Origin: Takakia lepidozioides
Taxonomy: Eukaryota; Plantae; Bryophyta
NCBI GenBank assembly: GCA_030704615.1
Contig: CM060734.1
Coordinates: forward strand, 50,964,001-51,028,000
DNA: 64,000 bases
Direction: 5' to 3'
This document shows positions 1 through 9,729 of this stretch, one piece after another. Position numbers and translations under genes: made by a program. Under the pieces are notes generated by a model that worked only from the letters and a program-made list of their open reading frames with translations, searched no databases and was not told the DNA's origin. Numbering within the stretch: position 1 is the first letter of the stretch; every line of letters begins with the position of its first letter.

Positions 1-1498
1 TATGCAACTCAAGGGAGTGTAACTCCTATTGGGGTGACACTTGATCACAGGGGAGGGAGTGTAAAAACTCCGGTCCGGGGTACACATAAAGGAGTGACAC
101 TCGGTGTCATTCACACTTGGTCTTGAAATAGGGTGAGGTTGTCAAGAGTGGAAAGCCCATGGGCCACCACCAGTGTTTTTTTTCCAGGTCGAAATCTGGC
201 TACTTGTACAAACGATTAATGGGGGGACAAAACCCAGAATTTCGCCAAAAAGCGCCAGTACATGAGAATTAGGAGCCTAATTTTGCAGACGTGGACCAGT
301 TAAAACGTGCCACCTGGTATATAGCCACTTTTCTAGCCCTGCCACCTACATGCGGCAACACCTTCTGACTAGGCTACTACCATAGTACCTTGGCAAGTTT
401 GACACAAATTTTAATATTTTAAGGACTGTTGAAAATTTTGGAAATTAATTTTATGAAATTAAATAATTTCGTGAATGATAATAAAGTATCTTTGGGAATA
501 TTCTATATCTCGAAATGGAATTCTCAAAATAAAATAAATATTCGACAGAAGAGTGTTGAACTTGGCAAGGTACTACGGTTCTAACCACCGCTTGACAACC
601 TCCAACATTCTAAAGTATATAATAGGTGAATACGGGGCAGAGGTACGAGGGAGTGGGGAGGATTTGAGTGAATCCTTAAATCCTTACATTATTCCTATTG
701 TTTTCCAATTTTGAGTTCTTTTCTTTTATATATATATATATATATATAATTTTTCAACAGCCCCTTATCTTTATAGAAGAAGGAAGAAAGAAAGAGTATG
801 GTGTCACTCCACCCCACAAGGATATTGCCTTCCAGTTTAACTTTATATATGGGGGAGTCTCCCCACTGTAAGCCTCCTTTGCCTTTTCACCCCTCTAATC
901 TATTGGGATCCGTCCCTTTTCCAAAAAGAAAAAAAAAAAGCTTTATAGATATATGGAGAGAGAGGTAGACTCTTGTGGAAGCAAATGGAACTTATGGTGA
1001 AGTGACAGCATGAAGGACTAGTACTGCTTTTGTGTGTTGAAAGGTGGACACCTTCTAACGGCCATAGCCCAGCAACGCGGCATCCTGGTGGACTTAAAAG
1101 TCCCCTCCGGTACTCACACATTTGGTAATGGGTTGACCACATACAGTCGACCCTGCCTTATTGTTACCTGCTATTATTACATTATTACAGTGTTATTTCA
1201 TTGTAAATGTTACGGTTTTGATACTCTGCAGAAAAATACACTAGAAACCATGTCAAGAGTGTTAAGTGATTAATTGTTAGTTTATCCTACTCGTCATAGT
1301 GTTAACGCACCTCCTTAGTAGTTAGATTCCATAGAGAGACGTCCCCAAAATAGAGCATCCATTCATGCTCATCTGAAATAGAGCATCCATTCATCCATTT
1401 ATGAGGTTCAAGCTGAGCATCCATCCATCCATTCATCCATTCATGAGGTTCAAGCTGCCATTGACACTTTACATTTATATCTTGCGCAGCAAAACACC

Positions 1499-1650
1499 GA
1501 TACTAGTGCTTCTCTCATGAAGTGTTTAGCAATCTAGAAGGAAGTGATTTAGCTAGGCATTCTACTTGTCAACAGATACTAGTGCTTCTCTCATGAAGTG
1601 TTTAGCAATCTAGAAGGAAGTGATTTAGCTAGGCATTCTACTTGTCAACA
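1499..1650. repeat. Perfect 76-bp tandem duplication
   Basis: gatactagtgcttctctcatg...ctacttgtcaaca occurs at 1499-1574 and again at 1575-1650. Confidence 0.9.
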
Positions 1651-3099
1651 AACCGACATTCTCTCATATTTCAACCTACTCAATGGTTAAATGTTATCTT
1701 TCATTGGCAGGACCTGGTTTACTATGCCTCTTGTAACTGATAATTTATGAAAATTCTCCCTGCTTTCCGGTTATATGTGATACCTGGCTATCTGTTAGAA
1801 ATTTCATACTCTAGAGGCCTAAGATTAAAGCAGGCCCGACTGTACCCCTTTTTTTTTCTTTTTTTCTCTTAATTTATTTTTAAGAAAAGAGGGACTGTGG
1901 CCTTATCTTTATAGCAATTGGACAAAAGGTCAGAGAATTAAAGTCCAGGTGGAAAAAATTACCACCGATCAGGCAGTGGGTATTATATATATACATAATA
2001 CCAAATGACAACAAATAATAGTGAATACCCACAACAATTTACTTGAGATGAAGAGGATCGATCCAATCCGGATTCCTTGATCAACAAGTGTAGGGTGGCC
2101 AAATTTAATGCACGCTGGCTGGACGTCGGATGGATGCATGGTGCAGATCCACAGGCAATCCAGCCGCTGCATGGGCTGCATGGCGGATTCTTGATTGGCC
2201 GCCACCCCAAGAGACTTATTCCCATGCACTGTAGGTCTTAATTAATTGGTTTTTAATGGTGGTGATGTATGAATATAAATATGTAATAGATTTTGTAGTT
2301 GGATTTTGTGCCTCGAATTTGTTTCTTTATAATTTCTCTTCCCATCTGCTGGTGGGCTGCTACTGCTGGTTCATTGCTCTGCCAGTCTGGTTAGCAGCAA
2401 TGTTGTGGCTAATTTCGGGACCTGTTTCCACATGAATTGAGACCCCAGTTTTGTTTTGATCTGTTTGGTACGATTACAAGCTGCAAACATCTTTCTAGAT
2501 CTTGGTCGAGATTTCAAGTGAGCTCATAGTTACAAATTTGCTGCAGTCCCTGTTGTTGGGTGCCTTACAGACTGCTATGAGGGAAGATTAGAGATCGTCC
2601 CGGTGGGAACTTCTGAAGCTGGAAAGGATCAGGGATTGAGAAATGGTTAGAACTATCTTGCCTCAAGTTACATGTTAGTTTCTAATTAATCGTGAGTTCT
2701 GCTCAAATGAGGATTGCACAACGCATAGCTGTTAAGTGAAATGGACTTTGATATTTTTGAAGGGATCTCTGGAAGGATTGGAAGCCAAGTTTCTATCCAG
2801 CCGGATGGGATGCCCATCAGCTTCAGAAGAGTCCAGAGATCATCAGTGCTACACTGCTACACGATAATGCTGAAAGCTCATCAAGGATAACCAAGACGAG
2901 CCTCCGGGTTGGACTAGATAGTTTGACATACTGTGAACGGATTTGTCTTTGTATTTTTGGGCTGCATGTCGAAATTGCATCAGTTCCCTAGGTATTGTAT
3001 AATCAGCAAGGTTAAACCTGTGCTATTAATGGAACATGGTAAATCCCTATTTCTCCATATGGAGGTGTGTTGGGTAGAGGGAACCCAAAAACTAAGGAG

Positions 3100-3910
3100 T
3101 TATACCTTCGCATACTCGAAAACTTCTCCAAAGACTATATTGGGTTGCAAGTCAATCTTAGCAAAACCACGATCATGGTTTTCAATGGCCATGCAGATCG
3201 CATACTCCACTTCAATCGGCAGGACATTGAGCAGCAGGACAGATTGACGAAAGGCAGGGCTGCCTCCATTCGCCTTCAGGCCAAATGGAGAAAGATACAT
3301 CGGCGCCATCCCCTTATTGTCACCGTTGTCACCCCGCGCCACTTATGGCTGTGCGTTCTGGGTACTTGGTGTCCCTGGTGGGAAAAAATCTGGAACCGTG
3401 CAATCATCTTTCTCTAAACAATGCTGGGCGCTAAGGCACAACTCCATCACACATTCTATGGGCGGAGTATGCATGCGTGCCACTTCAAACCGAGGCCAGC
3501 TTCCGGCTCACGTTCTCCTTCTTCCCCGGCTTGTGGCGCAAATTCAGCGACCATAGCTGCAAATTTCTTATACCTTTCCTTCACCTCCTCCGGCAGATCG
3601 CATTGCCAAGGATTGCAGCAGGGATTGTCTGGCCTTTGACAATTTTTCCTTAGTCTCCCTCTCTCAATAAGTCCTCTGACAGTAGTTCTGGTTCTTTTCT
3701 GCCTCTTTCGTCTTTTCTTCCTGGAAATCAAGGAAAGCTGTAGTAACCACTCTCTTTCCCGGTATTCCTTCCATCGGATGTCCCATCCCACACCATGCCA
3801 ATGATACATCTGTCTCCAGACTTTCACTTGAGCTTGCGTCATCTGCATTCCCAACCATCCGCATCAACCTCTCCGTGGATTTCTTCCGCGTTTATGGTTC
3901 ATGACTTTTT
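3100..3910 (+). mobile_element. Degenerate LINE fragment, C-terminal part of the reverse transcriptase ORF
   Basis: GLQVNLSKTTIMVFN resembles the RT end motif GLxVNxxKT. It is followed by R..KGRAA..RL and TYGCxxW-like segments in shifting frames. Confidence 0.55.
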
Positions 3911-4557
3911 CAGTCAGAGGTCAAGTTTCATCCCTAATGAGAGAAAATTCAGAAACTGAGCTCCTACGACAAGAAGATGTCCAGAAACGAAGGATCAAGA
4001 AAAAAGGGAGAAAGAAGACGAAGAATTCTAGCCAAGTAAAACTAGAATTCTAGCTGAGCCTTGTTTCTGTCTGCACGACCCTTGCTGTGGCGCCAGTTCA
4101 TATCTTGGTCCTCGGACTCAGGGACAGGGCTGCCATTCTTTGGGGAGTTGATCATGGTCATGCCGGGTGATCCGAGACTCCGAAGCGCGGGTGCAGAGGA
4201 TGTTGCTCTTGGCCCAACAGAGGTCGAAGGCCCGGTAAAGTTGAGCCCTTCTCCGATCTGAACACCTAAGAAGCCAAAAGAGATGCCGAGATGCCCAGGC
4301 TTTCCTCCCCTCAGTCTGAAAAAATGTTGAATAAAATCAGATTGATGTTGGGGCGCTTCCCCTCAAAAACAAGAGCACATCTGCACTTCCATATATGCCA
4401 AAGAGTGTGTGCTCTCAAACAACCCCAGACAGTGCATGAAGGCCGCGTATCGGCGGCTCTTTAAAAGGGTGAGTCGTTTTCCTGTTCCGATTGTTCAGAG
4501 AGCGGTTGTGTTCACTTTGTCAAGCTTCAGAGCATAAGAATGATTCGCATATAACAG

Positions 4558-6190
4558 ATGATTTGCAGCGGATTAAAGGGCTGGGCTGTGGAGCTGAAAG
4601 CGGCATCCCCCTTGGCAGTTGTGGCTATGGCGGCGTCAGGGATGCCATTCAAATTAGGGAAGAACACACGAAAAACTTGGCGGTTTCCTTTTTGGGGTCG
4701 TCGTGTTGTATGCGTGCGCCGTAGGATCCAGGCTCCGAATTGTCTTTGCGCAATTCAGCAGAAACGAATGTACTCCGGGCAAAGAAGCAAGAAAGCGCAG
4801 GGGAATCGATAATTGGTATAGCTGCGTGTAGGTCAACGCCGGAGCATGGAACAGCGCTTGACCGAGTTCTTTAAAGATCCTTCACAATGGTGGGAAAGTA
4901 GCCTTGACAAGGTGAGCTTTCTTCGTGTAGGATGTGAAGGAGTCCGAGGGAGTTTGAATGAACTATGGTATGATCATATTTGTGATTGGATTGTACCCTA
5001 GTTGCTGAGTGAAGTCAGAAGCTCGCTTTGCTTCGCAGAAACTTCTTTTATCGTCCGTAGCGGAGGTTGTACTTCCTTAGCAGGGCAAAGTGACTTGCAT
5101 GAATGTTGTTGAAACCTAGTGCACACCTCCATAAAGGACCTGTCAAAAATGTTGATACTGTCTGCTTTTCGGGTGCAAAGGTCGACCATAGAGCATGGAG
5201 CAGCGGCATAAGTTTTTTAAAGATCCTTCACAATGGTGGGACAACCGCAATTGCAAGGTGTGCTTTCTCAATGTAGGCTTTGAAGAAGTTTGTCTGTTCT
5301 GAGAATCTGGGCTCTTCCTGTCAGTATCATGGTTTGGTATTTTTCTGGTATTTACAAGGTACTTGGGAGGGTCAGCTTGGTTGTAGGAGGCCCCATTTAA
5401 ATCTATGGCTGCTCAGCTGCACTGGTGGTTGTCACAGACCAATCCGAGACCACCAGACTAAAGCCACAAGCAGCACACAACAGGTCCTTTTTGGTTGATG
5501 TCAGTTGAATCCTCCGTGGGTGAAAAGAAAGCTAGCTGTTTTCATAACTCAAGGTCAAGGAGAATGTGGTGAGGACACCTTCAAAACATTTCATCATATT
5601 TTGCCCTCTTATGAGAGTCGTCCCTAAATTGTCATGTTGAATTCTGCAAGTTAGCTTGTTGGGTGAATCTATGGTGGGTTGGATGGATTTTGACATTTTA
5701 CTGCCCGTGTGACAACAGGAAAGTATCCAAATACAGATAACAAAGACGAGGAGAAGATTTGGAAGGAAAAAATTTCAGACACCCGTCAATGGTGGGACAA
5801 CCGATGCAAAAAGCTGAATGCCTATTTAGATTACAGAGAGAAGCAGACAACAAGATGCAACGCAAAGCTTTCTTGGAAATTCTCATCCTCTCTGTCCCTA
5901 TTGCATTTTCTAAAGACCTGGGAGCAATTCAGCACAGGAACTAGTGTGTGATAAGTAGGGTTGGGGTGTTTGCTAGAACAAATCTAGGCTGTCAATGTCA
6001 GCTGCTGGCAGCAAGGTGAGGATCTATACATGATTTGTGCATAGGCAGGGATAGCTGAAGGAACTGGGATAGAGCGTGGGGTCCAGATCCATCCAAGAGT
6101 GCCAAATTTCAAGCACAAAATTACCTATCATCCCCTGTGCATTGAGAGCTACAAGGAACCTGCATTAGTAGATGGTCAACTGGAAGGCAG
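4558..6190 (+). pseudogene. 5' part of the PDF-PPR gene: transit-peptide-like N-terminus plus OSB-type PDF motif exons, disrupted
   Basis: ORF 4558 is Arg/Lys/Ala-rich with almost no acidic residues. The same frame continues past TAA 4810 and TAG 4819 to EFFKDPSQWWESSLDK, then a GT donor at 4912. A duplicate exon MEQRHKFFKDPSQWWDNRNCK|gt lies at 5195-5247. After the acceptor at 5437 comes TNPRPPD*SHKQH, then KIWKEKISDTRQWWDNRCKK (~5755-5815) and IHPRVPNFKHKITYHPLCIESYKEPALVDGQL (~6088-6183), which is 2 nt out of frame with the PPR ORF. Confidence 0.7.
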
Positions 6191-8415
6191 CATCAGCACT
6201 GTTGATAAGGTCAGGCACCTCGACCATGACCACAGCTTCCAAAAGAGGACCAAGAGAGGGAATCCACAATGCCTCTTCTGGCACTTCTGGGCATGTGAGG
6301 ATGTTATGTGAGGCAGGGCAACTGAAAGATGCTCTGCACACTTTAAACCAAGGAGGCTTGTCAGCAGATTCAGATACTTATGTCTGTCTCTTGCATGCGT
6401 GCATCAAGATTAGAGCCCTGGAAGCTGGAAAGCAGGTGCACGATCACATTATCCAGAGTGGATTCAAGCCAAACGTTTTTTTGCACAACATCCTTGTCAA
6501 CATGTATGTTAAGTGCGGGAGCATCGTGGATGCTCGCCGAGTGTTCAACAGAATGCCTCATCGAGGTTTGATCACGTGGAATATAATGATGGCAGGATTT
6601 ACCAAGCATGGGTGTGGTAGGAATGCTTTGGAAACATATGAGCAAATGATGTGGGAAGGGGTGAAGCCCGACCGGGTCACATTCATTTGCATTTGCAATG
6701 CATGTGCAAGCCTGGCGGCCCTGGGAAAGGGCAAAGAGGTCCATGGTGACATCATCAAAGCTGGAATTGTACCAGATGTCATTCTGAACAATACCCTTGT
6801 GGACATGTATGCCAAATGTGGGAGCATCGACGATGCAAAGGGAGTGTTCGACCATATGGCTGAACGGGATGTGGTGTCCTGGAGTGCTATGATTGCAGGA
6901 TACGCACGGCATGGGTGTGGGATTCAGGCTTTGGAGACCTATCAGCAAATGATGCGGGAAGGGGTGAAGCCCAACCGGGTCACATTCATTTGTGTTTGCA
7001 ATGCGTGTGGGAGACTGGCAGCCCTGCAAAGGGGCAAAGAGGTCCATGGTGACATCCTCAAATTGGGAGTTGTACAAGATGTCATACTGAATACTGCCCT
7101 GGTGGACATGTATGCCAAATGTGGCAGCATCAAGGATGCAAAGGGAGTGTTCGACAATATGGCTGAACATAATGTGGTGTCCTGGAGCGCAATGATCGCA
7201 GGATATGCTCAGCATGGATGCGGGATGAAGGCTTTGGAGATGTACAAGCAAATGATGCGGGAAGGGGTGAAGCCGGACCGGATCACGTTTGTTTGCGTTT
7301 GCAATGCGTGTGCAAGCCTGGCAGGCCTAGAAAGGGGAAAAGAGGTCCATAGGGACATCATCAAAGCTGGAATAGTACCAGATATCATTCTGAATACTGC
7401 CCTGGTGGACATGTATGCCAAATGCAGCAGCATCGAGGATGCAAAGGGAGTGTTTGACAATATGGCTCAACGAAATGTGGTGTCTTGGAGCGCAATGATC
7501 GCAGGATATGTCCAGCATGGGTGCGGGATGGAGGCTTTGCAGATGTATGAGCAAATGATGCGGGAAGGGGTGAAGCCAAACCGGGTCACGTTTGTTTCTG
7601 TTTGCAATGCGTGCGCGAGCCTGGCAGCCCTGGAAAAGGGCAAGGAGGTCCATGGTGACGTCATCAAAGCTGGAATTGTACCAGATGTCATTCTGAACAA
7701 TACCCTGGTGGACATGTATGCCAAATGTGGTAGCATCAAGGATGCAGAGGGAGTGTTCGACAATATGGCCGAACGAAATGTGGCATCCTGGAATGCGATG
7801 ATTGCAGGATATGCTCAGCATGGTTATGATATGGAGGCCCTGCAACTATTCGAAGAAATGCAAGTGGAAGGCTGGAAGCTGGACAATATCACTTTCCAAT
7901 GTGTTCTATCTGCATGTAGCCATGCTGGCCTAGTGGATGAAGGCCAATACTACTTTGACTCCATGAGTCAAGATCATGGCATCACTCCAGCAGTGGAACA
8001 CTTTGGCTCCATGGTGGACCTTCTTGGCTGTGCGGGGCGATTGGATGAGGCAGAGGACTTCATTAACAAAATGCCAATCAAACCAGATGCTGTGGTTTGG
8101 AGGGCCTTGCTCGGTGCCTGCAGAATCCATTGCAATGTGGAGATGGCTGAACGAGCGGCAACCTCTATTCTCAAGTGGGATGAACAGCATGCTGCGACTT
8201 ACGTGTTGCTATCAAACATTTATGCCACAGCTGGCAGGTGGGATGATGGTGCAAAGGTGAGAAAAATGATGAAGGTCAGAGGGGTTAGAAAGGAGCCAGG
8301 TCGCTGCTGCATTGAGGTCGGCAACCAGGTGCGCAGCTTTGTTGTTGATGAGAAATCGTATGCAAAAATTAAGGAAATAAAGAATGAGGCAAATTTTAGG
8401 GTTTCCAGGCACTAA
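6172..8415 (+). CDS. PLS-class pentatricopeptide repeat protein (about 17 PPR motifs + E1 + E2 + truncated E+, no DYW); probable organellar C-to-U editing specificity factor
   Basis: Uninterrupted 747-aa ORF with repeated L (VTFICVCNAC), S (VILNNTLVDMYAKCG) and P ([11 protein letters not shown]) motifs, then P2-L2-S2, E1 (DAVVWRALLGACRIH), E2 (AATYVLLSNIYA) and a PG-box-like RKEPGRCCIEV. Homology ends after KIKEI. Confidence 0.9.
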   Translation: MVNWKAASALLIRSGTSTMTTASKRGPREGIHNASSGTSGHVRMLCEAGQLKDALHTLNQGGLSADSDTYVCLLHACIKIRALEAGKQVHDHIIQSGFKPNVFLHNILVNMYVKCGSIVDARRVFNRMPHRGLITWNIMMAGFTKHGCGRNALETYEQMMWEGVKPDRVTFICICNACASLAALGKGKEVHGDIIKAGIVPDVILNNTLVDMYAKCGSIDDAKGVFDHMAERDVVSWSAMIAGYARHGCGIQALETYQQMMREGVKPNRVTFICVCNACGRLAALQRGKEVHGDILKLGVVQDVILNTALVDMYAKCGSIKDAKGVFDNMAEHNVVSWSAMIAGYAQHGCGMKALEMYKQMMREGVKPDRITFVCVCNACASLAGLERGKEVHRDIIKAGIVPDIILNTALVDMYAKCSSIEDAKGVFDNMAQRNVVSWSAMIAGYVQHGCGMEALQMYEQMMREGVKPNRVTFVSVCNACASLAALEKGKEVHGDVIKAGIVPDVILNNTLVDMYAKCGSIKDAEGVFDNMAERNVASWNAMIAGYAQHGYDMEALQLFEEMQVEGWKLDNITFQCVLSACSHAGLVDEGQYYFDSMSQDHGITPAVEHFGSMVDLLGCAGRLDEAEDFINKMPIKPDAVVWRALLGACRIHCNVEMAERAATSILKWDEQHAATYVLLSNIYATAGRWDDGAKVRKMMKVRGVRKEPGRCCIEVGNQVRSFVVDEKSYAKIKEIKNEANFRVSRH

Positions 8416-8880
8416 ACCAAATGTACTTGTGCATATGAATTGTCTATCAAGATACTCTCGCAGGTCCACATGGCAGATTCCTCAGAGCCTCCTCAAAACC
8501 ATTGCAACATCTCTGAGAGTATGCCCTAACCTCTCTCTAGAATCTGACAACATCAGCTGGGCCTTTGGTTAGACTTCAGTGAGAGATTGGGTTCCACGGA
8601 CAGTGGAATCTCCCACAGATCTCGTAGTATAGAGGGCAAAAGAAGAAGTTTTCTTTCAGTTTCAATTTCCCGGTTATGCCCTGTGCAAGCTGGACATAAC
8701 TTAGGCGGTCCTCCTGTTGCAGGTTTTCCCATCTGCCAGTCTCTATCCGTAGGTTGTGGGAGCCCACCCTGAACCGCCCCAATGCCCTCAGGAGAGAAGG
8801 AGATAAAGATGCCGAAAGGTAGTTGCAGTGAGAGAAAATAAATCTTGCAAGGATATTATTGTTGGAAAGAATCACAAAGT
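8400..8880 (-). mobile_element. LINE 3' fragment lying just after the PPR gene
   Basis: ORF 8576..8875 encodes RALGRFRVGSHNLRIETGRW...FFCPLYYEI, the typical C-terminal region of LINE ORF2. Confidence 0.65.
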
Positions 8881-8889
8881 CATTGCTGC

Positions 8890-9230
8890 TTTGTTACAGC
8901 ACAAGTAGAAGCAGACAACAGGATGCACTCAAAAAATCTCTTGCAAATTGTCATCCCTAAACACGTTTGTTCAAGTCTTGTCAGCAATTCAGCATAGAAA
9001 GTGTGTGACAAGTAGGGGTGGGAGAGGCAAGGAGAGCTGAAGAAGGCAGGGATGGAGTGTGGGTGTAAACTCATCCAAGAGGACCGAATTGCAGGCACTA
9101 AAATATGATGCGCTGTGGATTGATGGCTACAAGACCCCTGCATGGACAGATGGAAAACTGGAAGCAGCAGCAATAGTTGATTGAATCTGGCACCTCCACT
9201 ATAACCACTGCTTCTGATCCAAGAGAATGA
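8890..9230 (+). pseudogene. Relic of the PDF motif and linker of the PDF-PPR family
   Basis: Similar to 5840-6250 and encodes HPRGPNCRH..YDALWIDGYKTPAWTDGKLEA with indels. Confidence 0.65.
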
Positions 9231-9289
9231 GTCTGCAAGCTCATCTCTTCCTCCACGAAAGTAGATGCACAAGCCCTACGTGCACTTGT

Positions 9290-9560
9290 CCGAATTTTGT
9301 AACAATGTGTGAGGGCGCTCTAGGCATGAGGATCTAGCTTTCATGTCAGCACAAACCTCTTTGCCCTTTACCAAGGATGCCAGGGCACATGCCTGCATCA
9401 TTTGCTTGTAGGACTCCATCCACTCCATGCTGAGCATATCCTGCGATCATCACATTCCCTGAGACTCATCTTGTTCAGCCATATTGTGGTACACTGCGTT
9501 GCATCCTGGGTGCTCCCAGAATTTGGCATACATGTCCACCAGCCTCGTGTCCAGAAAAGT
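9290..9560 (-). pseudogene. PPR relic
   Basis: Encodes LVDMYAKF...HNMAEQD..SQGM and MIAGYAQHG fragments. Confidence 0.6.
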
Positions 9561-9729
9561 AACAAGTGAAAGTCCTATGACTGCTGGCTCAGCAGAGGTC
9601 ACAAAGAAGACAAATGTATAATCGCTTCCTTCATGACTAGACTGGGCAGACCATCTCAGACATTTTCCTGAAATCCCCACCTACTATATGGAAGCACAAA
9701 ACTTGAAGTAGCAATTGTGTACATAGATG

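Noticed and set aside
4810-5461. In-frame TAA/TAG stops repaired by U-to-C RNA editing
   Set aside because: This is nuclear DNA, and frameshifts accompany the stops. Ordinary decay is the simpler explanation.
6370-7845. Long antisense ORFs over PPR repeats (also the many + strand ORFs at 38-52 kb)
   Set aside because: These are shadow frames of repetitive PPR codons with no independent coding signal.
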